A DNA stretch of 64,000 nucleotides from Candidatus Poribacteria bacterium (GTDB lineage Bacteria; Poribacteria; WGA-4E; WGA-3G): assembly GCA_965215265.1 (NCBI GenBank), contig OZ244048.1, positions 2,656,001 through 2,720,000 on the forward strand. The letters are read 5' to 3'. The notes beneath the pieces were generated by a model. The model made no database searches. It was not told where the DNA came from and was given only the letters and a program-made list of their open reading frames with translations. How positions within the stretch are numbered: position 1 is the stretch's first letter; each line of letters begins with the position of its first letter. A program made the translations under genes and the position numbers. Shown piece after piece: positions 1 through 8,518 of the stretch.

Positions 1-711
1 TAGGTTAGGCAGTTTTCTGTCTTGAACAGGTTCATAAATGAGTGAACGTTTTCCGGCTTTTTTGGTTGTCCGCAAGGCACTGTATTCATACGTCATTGTG
101 TTGGAGTAGACAGGGACCTGGCTCCAGGTCGAATGCGTACTATTACCCGTCAAAACAAGCACCTTTACTGCGTTTTTGGGGGCACCTACCCACATTTTTC
201 CTGCGAGCATCTGTGTCACGATTTTTTGAAACGCCTTCGTCTTTCCGTCAAATGTCCGCAACATCATCGGATCTATGTGCGTGAAAGTCCACCATGACCT
301 GGAGGCGTTTCTACCGCCATAACCACGCATTTGGAACCAGGTGTTATCCACAAAGCACATACTGTCAATACCGTAATGTTGGCGATAGAAAACGATAATG
401 GGCATTCCCGGCTTAAGTATATTCACCAATTTTTGGGGAGAGGTGCCGCGTTTATAATGCCCTGTGGCGAAATTCATATTTATTGTCTTTAGGTTGCTCT
501 CGCCTTTCACATCTTTCCGGACGGTAACAACCCCTCGCAGGCGGCGTTTATCAACGGTTTTGACTTCCCCGAAAACGATGTTGGTGCAAGCATCAACAAC
601 TTCGCGTATCGTATATTCGCGCTCAATGAATGCCGGTGCAGCAGGGGTGAACATCACACCAAGCAAACAGAACACGAGAATCAAGGCACTCAGACTGTTT
701 GTAGAACGCAT
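1..711 (-). CDS. Secreted hypothetical protein (3' end runs off the window; absent from the ORF track)
   Basis: Manual translation from ATG at 711 (MRSTNSLSALILVFCLLGVMFTPAAPAFIEREYTIREVV...) stays open to base 1. GGAGG RBS upstream; signal-peptide-like N-terminus. Confidence 0.8.
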   Translation of the reverse strand, partial: MRSTNSLSALILVFCLLGVMFTPAAPAFIEREYTIREVVDACTNIVFGEVKTVDKRRLRGVVTVRKDVKGESNLKTINMNFATGHYKRGTSPQKLVNILKPGMPIIVFYRQHYGIDSMCFVDNTWFQMRGYGGRNASRSWWTFTHIDPMMLRTFDGKTKAFQKIVTQMLAGKMWVGAPKNAVKVLVLTGNSTHSTWSQVPVYSNTMTYEYSALRTTKKAGKRSLIYEPVQDRKLPNL

Positions 712-934
712 GGCACAATCCTCCAATGTACAAGCAGAGACAAATTCTCCTTCCCGCATAAAGACAAGACACAACCACACGCCTAGATAGGTGTTTTAGT
801 ACCGGGCATCGTGAGTTTGCACAACGGGAGTAGAATCTAATTGGAATTCAGGAATTTCTATATTACCATTTATTATATTATATTCCTTTCAATTTTGCAA
901 GAATTTTGATATATTTATCAAAAACCGATTTCAT

Positions 935-2527
935 ATGAAAACTGAGCCGATGCACAAACCGTCCGAAAAACTGTCAAAAATCTTTAGCACCACCATCTAT
1001 ATCGGATTTCTAATTTTTGTGCTTTCGTTACCGTTCGGGTATACAACCGCGTTTTTGAACACCGGGCTCTCGCTCATCCTAATTGGCTGGGTCGGCAGAA
1101 TGATTTCAGAGCGGCGTTGCAATCGGCAAAATCAGGGTGCCGCTGCCAATATCAATTGGAATGGCACGCCACTTGCTGTCCCGATTGTACTGTTTTTAAC
1201 ATTAGCATTGATAGCGTTATTATTCGCGCCTCATCCTTCCACCAGCAGCCTCGGTTATTTTTGGAAATTACTACGGGGGATTCTTCTTTTTTACGCTGTT
1301 ATTCACAGCGGCCTCGGCACGCGGTGGCGGTCTATCATGGGTGCCTTTATCCTCGCTGCAGGCATCTCTTCCGTGCTTGGCATTTGGTTTTATGCGAACG
1401 ATGAGCAGTTAGCTATTGACTTCATGGGACGAATACCCTTAGAATATCAGGAGGAACTTCCAAGCGGAAACGAATCTCATCTATCAGAGAAACTCCGTAC
1501 TGAATTGAGAAAACATCGCATGCCACTGTCCGCCACTGCAGTATTTATACCTTCAAAACGCCCCGGTGAATTTTGGATTGAGGATGCGCCCCGGGATAGA
1601 CGTTACACGATACGGAAAACTGAATCAGACCTGATGATTTACATGATTGAGCCCAGGCTCACCGGTACCTTCAAAATGCCAAACGACTTGGGTGCATACC
1701 TTGCCCTCACACTGCCGCTCGCGCTCGGTTATTTTCTTGCAAGCGTGCGTAGTCAGTTTGTTACGCCGGATTGCACACGTCCTCGCTTGTTCTACGCTAT
1801 AGGTAGGTTCCGGCAGCGTACATGGATTACCGGCATCCTCGCTCTCATTTTAGCACTGATGGCTGTCAATCTGGCATTGACACTGACGCGAGCGGCCTGG
1901 GTCAGCGTTACAGTTGCTACCCTTTGCATCGGATGCTATTGGCTCAGTGTGCAAAAAAAACGCAGATGGCTATATCTATCTGTTTTACTAGTTTGCTTTT
2001 CCGTATTTCTAATACCTTTTCTGTTTAACTTCAAACCGTTGCGCCACATTACCGATCGTTTTTATACGATGGTTGCACATCCAGCTGGATTCATGGGAGA
2101 ACGTCCACAGTGGTGGCAAATGTCCGTTCAACTCATTCAGCGGCATCCACTCACGGGCATCGGATTGGGCAGGTTTCGACACGAGTACCAATTAAACACA
2201 TTACAGGAGCAGTATGATACGCCTTACCACGCACATAATATCTATCTTCATATCGCCGTTGAGCATGGCATCCCCTCGCTTTTTGTATTTCTGTGGATGT
2301 TGGTGATTATCTGGAGGCGGGTTTTCTCTATGCGTAACGCTAACGATTTTTGGGGAATCGGATGTTTTATCGGTGCAAGTGGGTTCCTAATCTCTGCTCT
2401 TATCTATGGATTAGCTGATAATATACTACACCACCGTTCACTGTTGATTTTTTGGTTTATTGTCGGATTGATTTTCTATACCGAACACACGGATCAGAAT
2501 TATGAAAAAACGCCCGAATCCAATTGA
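935..2527 (+). CDS. O-antigen ligase (Wzy_C/WaaL) family membrane protein with an inserted soluble domain
   Basis: Many TM segments; motifs PNDLGAYL, LTLTRAAW, HPLTGIGLG, HAHNIYL. Confidence 0.85.
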   Translation: MKTEPMHKPSEKLSKIFSTTIYIGFLIFVLSLPFGYTTAFLNTGLSLILIGWVGRMISERRCNRQNQGAAANINWNGTPLAVPIVLFLTLALIALLFAPHPSTSSLGYFWKLLRGILLFYAVIHSGLGTRWRSIMGAFILAAGISSVLGIWFYANDEQLAIDFMGRIPLEYQEELPSGNESHLSEKLRTELRKHRMPLSATAVFIPSKRPGEFWIEDAPRDRRYTIRKTESDLMIYMIEPRLTGTFKMPNDLGAYLALTLPLALGYFLASVRSQFVTPDCTRPRLFYAIGRFRQRTWITGILALILALMAVNLALTLTRAAWVSVTVATLCIGCYWLSVQKKRRWLYLSVLLVCFSVFLIPFLFNFKPLRHITDRFYTMVAHPAGFMGERPQWWQMSVQLIQRHPLTGIGLGRFRHEYQLNTLQEQYDTPYHAHNIYLHIAVEHGIPSLFVFLWMLVIIWRRVFSMRNANDFWGIGCFIGASGFLISALIYGLADNILHHRSLLIFWFIVGLIFYTEHTDQNYEKTPESN

Positions 2528-3461
2528 TTTGTCCGCCGTGACGACTTACCCGCTTCAAGAACGCATCAACAAAGTCTCTATTCACGATTTTGCCATGCTG
2601 CCAAGCTCAGGTATAGACCTCGGGCCCTTTTTAGAGAGCCTGCCGCGCATTCTCAAAGCCCCCGATTTTTTGCAACTTATTGACAGCATCATAGACGCAT
2701 ATCGGCGGAAAAAACCGGTTATCGTCCTAATGGGCGGGCATGTCATCAAATGCGGTCTGAGCCCTCTGTTAATTGCGTTAGCAAAACGTGGGGTGATTAC
2801 CGGATTCGCCTTCAACGGCGCAAGCAGCATACACGATTTTGAGATAGCCCTCATTGGTGAGACATCAGAGGAGGTCTCGGCGTACCTCCAAAACGGGCAA
2901 TTCGGCATGTGGGAGGAAACGGGACGTTTGATGAACGAGGCGATCCAATCTGCCGTAAGCACCGGCATCGGGATAGGGGAGGCCTTAGGCCGTTCCCTTA
3001 TTGATATCGGTGCACCCTACAATCATTACAGCTTACTCGCGGCCGGAATTCAACTGGATATTCCAATTACAGTGCATGTGGCCATCGGCACCGATATCAT
3101 CCATCAGCACCCCACTGCGAACGGTGCCGCTATCGGAGAAGCAAGCTTTACCGATTTCCGGCTCCTGACAGAACTGGTGACGCATTTGGAAGGGGGCGGT
3201 GTGGTGCTTAACTTCGGCTCGGCTGTCATCTTACCGGAAGTTTTCCTAAAGGCGTTAACCATCGCGCGTAATCTCGGGCATACAGTCGCTCACTTTACCA
3301 CCGCTAATTTTGACATGCAGCAGCAGTATCGCCCGGTGGAGAACATTGTCAAACGGCCGACAGAGCTCGATGGCAAAGGCTACACCTTCACAGGACATCA
3401 TGAAATTATGATTCCGCTGCTGGTGCAAGCAATTCTATCTCGGATAGAGGATGCGTCGTAG
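2502..3461 (+). CDS. Deoxyhypusine-synthase-like conserved protein
   Basis: MGGHVIKCGL, IHDFEIAL, HVAIGTDIIH, GSAVILPEVFLKAL, TGHHEIMIPLL resemble a bacterial DHS-like family. Overlaps the upstream gene. Confidence 0.65.
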   Translation: MKKRPNPIDLSAVTTYPLQERINKVSIHDFAMLPSSGIDLGPFLESLPRILKAPDFLQLIDSIIDAYRRKKPVIVLMGGHVIKCGLSPLLIALAKRGVITGFAFNGASSIHDFEIALIGETSEEVSAYLQNGQFGMWEETGRLMNEAIQSAVSTGIGIGEALGRSLIDIGAPYNHYSLLAAGIQLDIPITVHVAIGTDIIHQHPTANGAAIGEASFTDFRLLTELVTHLEGGGVVLNFGSAVILPEVFLKALTIARNLGHTVAHFTTANFDMQQQYRPVENIVKRPTELDGKGYTFTGHHEIMIPLLVQAILSRIEDAS

Positions 3462-3565
3462 GAGCCACGCTCTTTACGCAAACCTTTTTAGGAATTTTCC
3501 CGGTTTTTCGCTGTGATTCCCTCTAAAAAGAGAGACGAGAACTTGCTGCCACGCGCTATTGCAAT

Positions 3566-3793
3566 TCAAGATCCGTTTTCCGCAAGGGAACGTCGGAGAG
3601 CCTTCAGAGAAGCGCTCGTACAAGCATCACGATGACAAGGCAATGCAAGCTTCAGTTTCACTAACAATGCCCGAGACGCTCGTAATTCAGGCAAAGACGG
3701 AATTTTTAAATAAATTTTTAGAAGTTTATTAATTTTCTCTTTATCCATGACATCCACAGATTCCAAAAATCTTAGGTATATTGAACAATCCAT
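3566..3793 (-). CDS. Possible small hypothetical protein
   Basis: 75-aa ORF with GGAG upstream, directly after the CYTH gene; no recognisable motif. Confidence 0.25.
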   Translation of the reverse strand: MDCSIYLRFLESVDVMDKEKINKLLKIYLKIPSLPELRASRALLVKLKLALPCHRDACTSASLKALRRSLAENGS

Positions 3794-3812
3794 GCTAATT
3801 TTCTCCGCCTAT

Positions 3813-4331
3813 TCAGGTCTTTTGTAGATAAACCAGGTCGCTGTACGAGCCAGCAATTGGTTCTGCTGTATCTAAGTTAAGGGTTGTTTTAACGTGTTCA
3901 TGTTCGGCAACTGCTTGGGCCTCAGTTTGTCCTTCAAAAACGGTTTCTAATTCAATAAATCGACCGAGCTCCTTGACGGTATCAAGATGGATGCGTGTAT
4001 GATTGAACATCCAGAGTTCCCGCTGCTTTTTGACAACTGCTTTTATTCCCAATGCTCTCGTTAAGAGGTTTTTTAGTGTTGCAGCGTCCGCAATTTCGCA
4101 CAACTGATACTCACTATAACGCGAAGCTTGACGATTCGGACGTTCGTAATAGATGAGCCAGCCTTCACGTGATTCAGCAATCTCCCGTAATTTTAACCGG
4201 CCCGTTTGGCTCTCAAAATAGGTATCCACTTGATGAATGGTTTGACGGTACATCGCTTGTAAATCACCTAATCTGCGTTGAAGTGCATCAAACGATTGGT
4301 ACCGCGCTTTGAACTCTAGGTTTGTTGCCAT
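3813..4331 (-). CDS. CYTH domain protein (class IV adenylate cyclase/CyaB-like)
   Basis: N-terminal ExK (NLEFKAR), QVDTYF, RLKLRE, VVKKQR, HLDTV..LG.FIELE, SYSDL. Confidence 0.85.
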   Translation of the reverse strand: MATNLEFKARYQSFDALQRRLGDLQAMYRQTIHQVDTYFESQTGRLKLREIAESREGWLIYYERPNRQASRYSEYQLCEIADAATLKNLLTRALGIKAVVKKQRELWMFNHTRIHLDTVKELGRFIELETVFEGQTEAQAVAEHEHVKTTLNLDTAEPIAGSYSDLVYLQKT

Positions 4332-4536
4332 ATCTTTAATTGGGTTGCGCTCGTAACAGACTCCGTTGAGTATTTTTTTTACACTATGCCTACGGTAAGA
4401 TGAGTGACATTATTTGCTAAACAGTGTTATAGGTGCTACATGGATTTTTAGTACTCTGTTTTTAACAACGAGAGGGTCATGCTCGAGATTCAAAAATCTG
4501 TGTGCCCTAACGGTATCGCCGGTCTTCAGAGAGGCT

Positions 4537-5139
4537 TCATTCCAATTCACCCAAATCTTCATCTGAGTCGTAACTATTCACACAAGAACGGTTGCAACGT
4601 TCGCCGTGTGCAAGCAACCAGCAGACACTATGTCGCATCCGAAGTGAACTAATCAGACAGGTTCGCAACTGCTCCGGATCAAAATCGTGCCCTAAAAGGA
4701 AACTGTAGCCGCCCCACCTCATAGATTGGCTGGCCCTGCTGTCATTAGAAACAATTGTGATGATTTTAACGTGCGGCTGATACCTGCTAATATATTCATA
4801 GAGGCGCGAACGTCTCGCACGCGTGCAGTCAGCAATGATCATCCTATATTTTCGCAGCTTCAGCAAACCAATGGCTTCTGCGGTCCGTTCTGGGATATCG
4901 TATCGATAACCCTCGGAACGCAGGAGTTCCCTGATTTTTTGTTGTAAATCGTCATCGCGGCGGGAGACAATCATCACGTCGCCCTGCAACTCAGAGATAC
5001 TGAAATCTTCCTGAATATCCAGCGGAATGAGTGCCTCTTCTAATTGCCGCTCAAGCCTTCTGCGTACTCGGCGCACCTTGCCTCTGACAAAATCCATCCG
5101 CTCATCTAAATCCGGAAGTTGATTAAAATCTTGTTTCAT
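4537..5139 (-). CDS. Atypical response-regulator receiver-like protein with a Cys-rich tail
   Basis: LRSEGY, AIGLL, MIIAD, GGYSFL pattern of REC domains. ATG 5139 preferred over the TTG at 5232. Confidence 0.55.
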   Translation of the reverse strand: MKQDFNQLPDLDERMDFVRGKVRRVRRRLERQLEEALIPLDIQEDFSISELQGDVMIVSRRDDDLQQKIRELLRSEGYRYDIPERTAEAIGLLKLRKYRMIIADCTRARRSRLYEYISRYQPHVKIITIVSNDSRASQSMRWGGYSFLLGHDFDPEQLRTCLISSLRMRHSVCWLLAHGERCNRSCVNSYDSDEDLGELE

Positions 5140-5546
5140 AATATAGTACACCCGTAAAAATGCTTTTTGTTCAGAAAAAAAATCAGTATTCACGATGTCC
5201 ATGCTTCTTTTCGTATATATGACTTGTCTCAAGTCATTTTTGTTGAAAAAAACTGCGAGATTCTATAAACTACCTAAAATTGTAGGCGACGATTCTCTAA
5301 AATTATTTAGAACTCGTTACTATAGAGACATCTTCTGTAAAAAAGGATAGTAAAAACTTCGTAGAATGTGCACACCCCTTTTTACCAAGTAACGTTTCAA
5401 GCACGCTTTGTCTTCATTTTCGTATTTTTCTAGTTTCATTTTTAAATTCGGTCAAAATCGACTTGCCATTATTGTTTGGAGATGAATCTATAACAATAGA
5501 GGAGACGGCCTGATATCATAAGGAATTCTGGGAAGGAAAAACTGTT

Positions 5547-6788
5547 ATGCAGAATGGACGTCAAGAATTTGGAACCTTCGCCCGGTTATCCGGCATGATG
5601 TTTTTGCAATTCGCGATTTGGGGAGCTTGGGCAGTGCTCATTGCAGGGCACATGCAAAATCTTGGGTTTACAGGTAAACAGATTAGCTATGTATTCGGTA
5701 CTACCGCGATCGGTTCTATTATTTCGCCTATCATTGCGGGTTGGATCGCCGACCGGCTCATGCCTGCGCAAATTTTTGCGGCGATTTCACATGGGCTCGG
5801 TGGCATCTGTCTGCTGATTGCGTGGCGGCAGCCTACCTTCCCGATGATGTGGGGTACGATTTTCCTACACGCAATCCTCTATATGCCGACTATCGCGCTG
5901 ACCAACGCTGTCGCCTTCCACCACATGGGGCAGTCGGACAAATTCGGAAATATCCGTGTCTTCGGGACCTTAGGTTGGATCGCGATTAATTGGGTGCTTA
6001 GTCTCTATCTCCGGTTCTGGGAGGGGCGCGCCGCAAACCTTCCGCATGTTGGCGATTGTCTCCTCTTCGGAGCGATACTTTCCTTTATTATGTGCGTTTA
6101 CTGCTTAACATTGCCAAACACTCCACCGAGCAAAGAGGCAAAAAATCCTTACGCCTTTCTTGAAGCCTTCGCCCTCGTTTCCAATAAAAATTTCGCTGTA
6201 CTTCTGATTATCTCGTTCGTTGTTGCCATTGAGCTACCTTTTTACTACAACTTAACCTATCTCTTTCTAACCGATGCTGTCCATGGCGTTAATTTAGCGG
6301 CGAGCAGTGCGAATCTTGCGATGAGTCTTGGACAAGTCGCCGAAGTGCTGCTGATGTTGCTGTTATTTCCTTGTCTACGTCGCTTCGGCATGCGATTCAC
6401 TATTTTCTTAGGTATCCTCGCTTGGCCTGTTCGTTACGCTATCTTCGCGATTGGCGAACCGGTCTGGTTAGTTGTCAGTGCACAGACGTTACACGGTATC
6501 TGTTATTCGTTCTTTTTCGTGGGCGGAATGATTGCCGTGGAACGCCTGAGTCCGCCCGATATTCGTGCGAGTTCTCAGAGTCTATTACTTTTTGTCACGA
6601 ATGGGCTCGGCATGTTAGTCGGGCATATTGTCAGTGGCCGCGTCCACGACTTTTTCGCTTATCCAGAGGGCGGCCACGCCTGGGCGAAAATCTTCATGGT
6701 CCCCATTGCTGTAACGCTCATTGCTGCTGCCGCCTTTATCTTTTTGTTCAACGAACGGAAATATCAGGCGGATGTAGATACGGTGTGA
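5547..6788 (+). CDS. MFS nucleoside:H+ symporter family transporter (NupG/XapB-like)
   Basis: RLSGMMFLQFAIWGAW, YMPTIALTN, IRVFGTLGWI, GQVAEV, LHGICYSFFFV. Confidence 0.9.
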   Translation: MQNGRQEFGTFARLSGMMFLQFAIWGAWAVLIAGHMQNLGFTGKQISYVFGTTAIGSIISPIIAGWIADRLMPAQIFAAISHGLGGICLLIAWRQPTFPMMWGTIFLHAILYMPTIALTNAVAFHHMGQSDKFGNIRVFGTLGWIAINWVLSLYLRFWEGRAANLPHVGDCLLFGAILSFIMCVYCLTLPNTPPSKEAKNPYAFLEAFALVSNKNFAVLLIISFVVAIELPFYYNLTYLFLTDAVHGVNLAASSANLAMSLGQVAEVLLMLLLFPCLRRFGMRFTIFLGILAWPVRYAIFAIGEPVWLVVSAQTLHGICYSFFFVGGMIAVERLSPPDIRASSQSLLLFVTNGLGMLVGHIVSGRVHDFFAYPEGGHAWAKIFMVPIAVTLIAAAAFIFLFNERKYQADVDTV

Positions 6789-6808
6789 ACTGAATTCAGG
6801 AGAATATT

Positions 6809-8470
6809 ATGTCAACCGGGAAAACGCTCATATATGAACCTACTGGTACCGGCAGCTTAGAGCTATCGGCAATGCAGAATTGGCGAATCATCAGTGCGCC
6901 AGACGCGACACCGTCCGAAAAATACGCTGCCGAAGAATGCCAAAAATGGCTCAGTCAATTTATTGAGCGGGAACCATCAAAAAAAGTATCCGTCTATATC
7001 GATGCCTCTGCTGGCCTGGGTGCTGAGGAGATCGAGATTCACGTTGAAACAAAGGAAATTCGCATCAGTGGTGGCAGGCCGCGCGGGGTGCTTTACGCTG
7101 TCTATCAATTCCTTGAGGAGTTGGTAGGTATCCGGTTCTTAACTGCTGAGCATACCTATATTCCCGATATATCTGGGCACAAGATACCTTGCGGTAGATA
7201 TAGTTACAAGCCTCCGTTTTCGTTCCGGTGGAGCTATTACCGTGAAAATTCAGACGCTCCGGAATTCGCGGCAAAACGTAAAGTTAACACAGTCACGGAT
7301 GCTGAAAACCTTGGGGGCAAGACGCAGCAGCAACTCATCAACCATTCATTTCATTGGTTAGTGCCTTTCGATACCTACGGTGCATCGCATCCGGAGTACT
7401 ACGCCTTGGTAGACGGGAAACGGGATACGAATACCCACGGTGGCGGTCCGCAATTGTGTGTTACCAACCCTGCGGTGATTGAAATTGCGGCTGAGGCAGC
7501 GATTCAGCGCATCACTGAACATCCGGATATGGTGAACATCAGTATAAGCCAAGCGGATACGGCAGCATATTGCCGGTGTGAATCGTGTGCAACACTCAAC
7601 CAAGAGGAAGAGACACCTATGGGTTCACAATTGGCGTTTGTGAATACTGTCGCTGCCCGGCTCGAGAAAGTTCACGCACATGTTAAGGTTGGGACGCTGG
7701 CGTATTGGTACACACGTAAACCGCCGAAAACGCTTCGCCCCCGCCACAACGTGCAGATTCAACTCTGTAGCATTGAATGTTGCACCCTTCATGCTATCGA
7801 TAACCCGAATTGCAAACAGAACCGTGGATTCTGTCAGGACATGGACGAATGGGGCAAAATCTGCAACGACATCTGGATTTGGAATTACAATACCAATTTC
7901 CGAGCCTATGATTTGCCCTTCCCTAATTTGCGTAGTATCGGGCGGAATGTCCGTTATTTCTTGCATAACAATGCGAAGGGTATCTTCATGCAAGCAAACG
8001 GCAACGGTACAACCGGAGAATTCTCTGATTTGCGGAACTACCTAATTTCGCAGCTTTTATGGGACCCGCAACTTAACGACAAAGCACTCTTAACCGAATT
8101 TGTACGACTTCACTATGGGGCGGCGGCACCCCCAATTTTGGAGTATATCGATTTCCTACACGACAACGCCCGAACGAGAAACCTCCACCCCAGATGCTTT
8201 CCGACACCGGAAGAAGTGGGCCTAGATGCGGAAACCGCACAGAAGGGCTTTGACTATTTTCAAGAGGCGTTATCGCTCGCAGAGAATGCAGACATTCAGG
8301 CACGTGTTGAGAAAGCATCTATTCCCGCCTATAAAGCGATGTTGGTTACCGGAGATACGCGGACTGAATTGATTGATGAATATATCACCTTATGCCGGCG
8401 TTATAATATGACACACGCAGCAGAACGGCAGGATGCGGACACTTACTTTCAGGAATTGCAGGGGCAATAA
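6809..8470 (+). CDS. DUF4838 domain protein (glycoside-hydrolase-like)
   Basis: GGRPRGVLYAVYQFLE, HPEYYALVDGKR, QLCVTNP, CRCESC, TLAYWYT, LLWDP. Confidence 0.85.
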   Translation: MSTGKTLIYEPTGTGSLELSAMQNWRIISAPDATPSEKYAAEECQKWLSQFIEREPSKKVSVYIDASAGLGAEEIEIHVETKEIRISGGRPRGVLYAVYQFLEELVGIRFLTAEHTYIPDISGHKIPCGRYSYKPPFSFRWSYYRENSDAPEFAAKRKVNTVTDAENLGGKTQQQLINHSFHWLVPFDTYGASHPEYYALVDGKRDTNTHGGGPQLCVTNPAVIEIAAEAAIQRITEHPDMVNISISQADTAAYCRCESCATLNQEEETPMGSQLAFVNTVAARLEKVHAHVKVGTLAYWYTRKPPKTLRPRHNVQIQLCSIECCTLHAIDNPNCKQNRGFCQDMDEWGKICNDIWIWNYNTNFRAYDLPFPNLRSIGRNVRYFLHNNAKGIFMQANGNGTTGEFSDLRNYLISQLLWDPQLNDKALLTEFVRLHYGAAAPPILEYIDFLHDNARTRNLHPRCFPTPEEVGLDAETAQKGFDYFQEALSLAENADIQARVEKASIPAYKAMLVTGDTRTELIDEYITLCRRYNMTHAAERQDADTYFQELQGQ

Positions 8471-8518
8471 GGGGTGATAATCTGAATATCTTACTGTTTC
8501 GATCAAAACCGGGTACAA

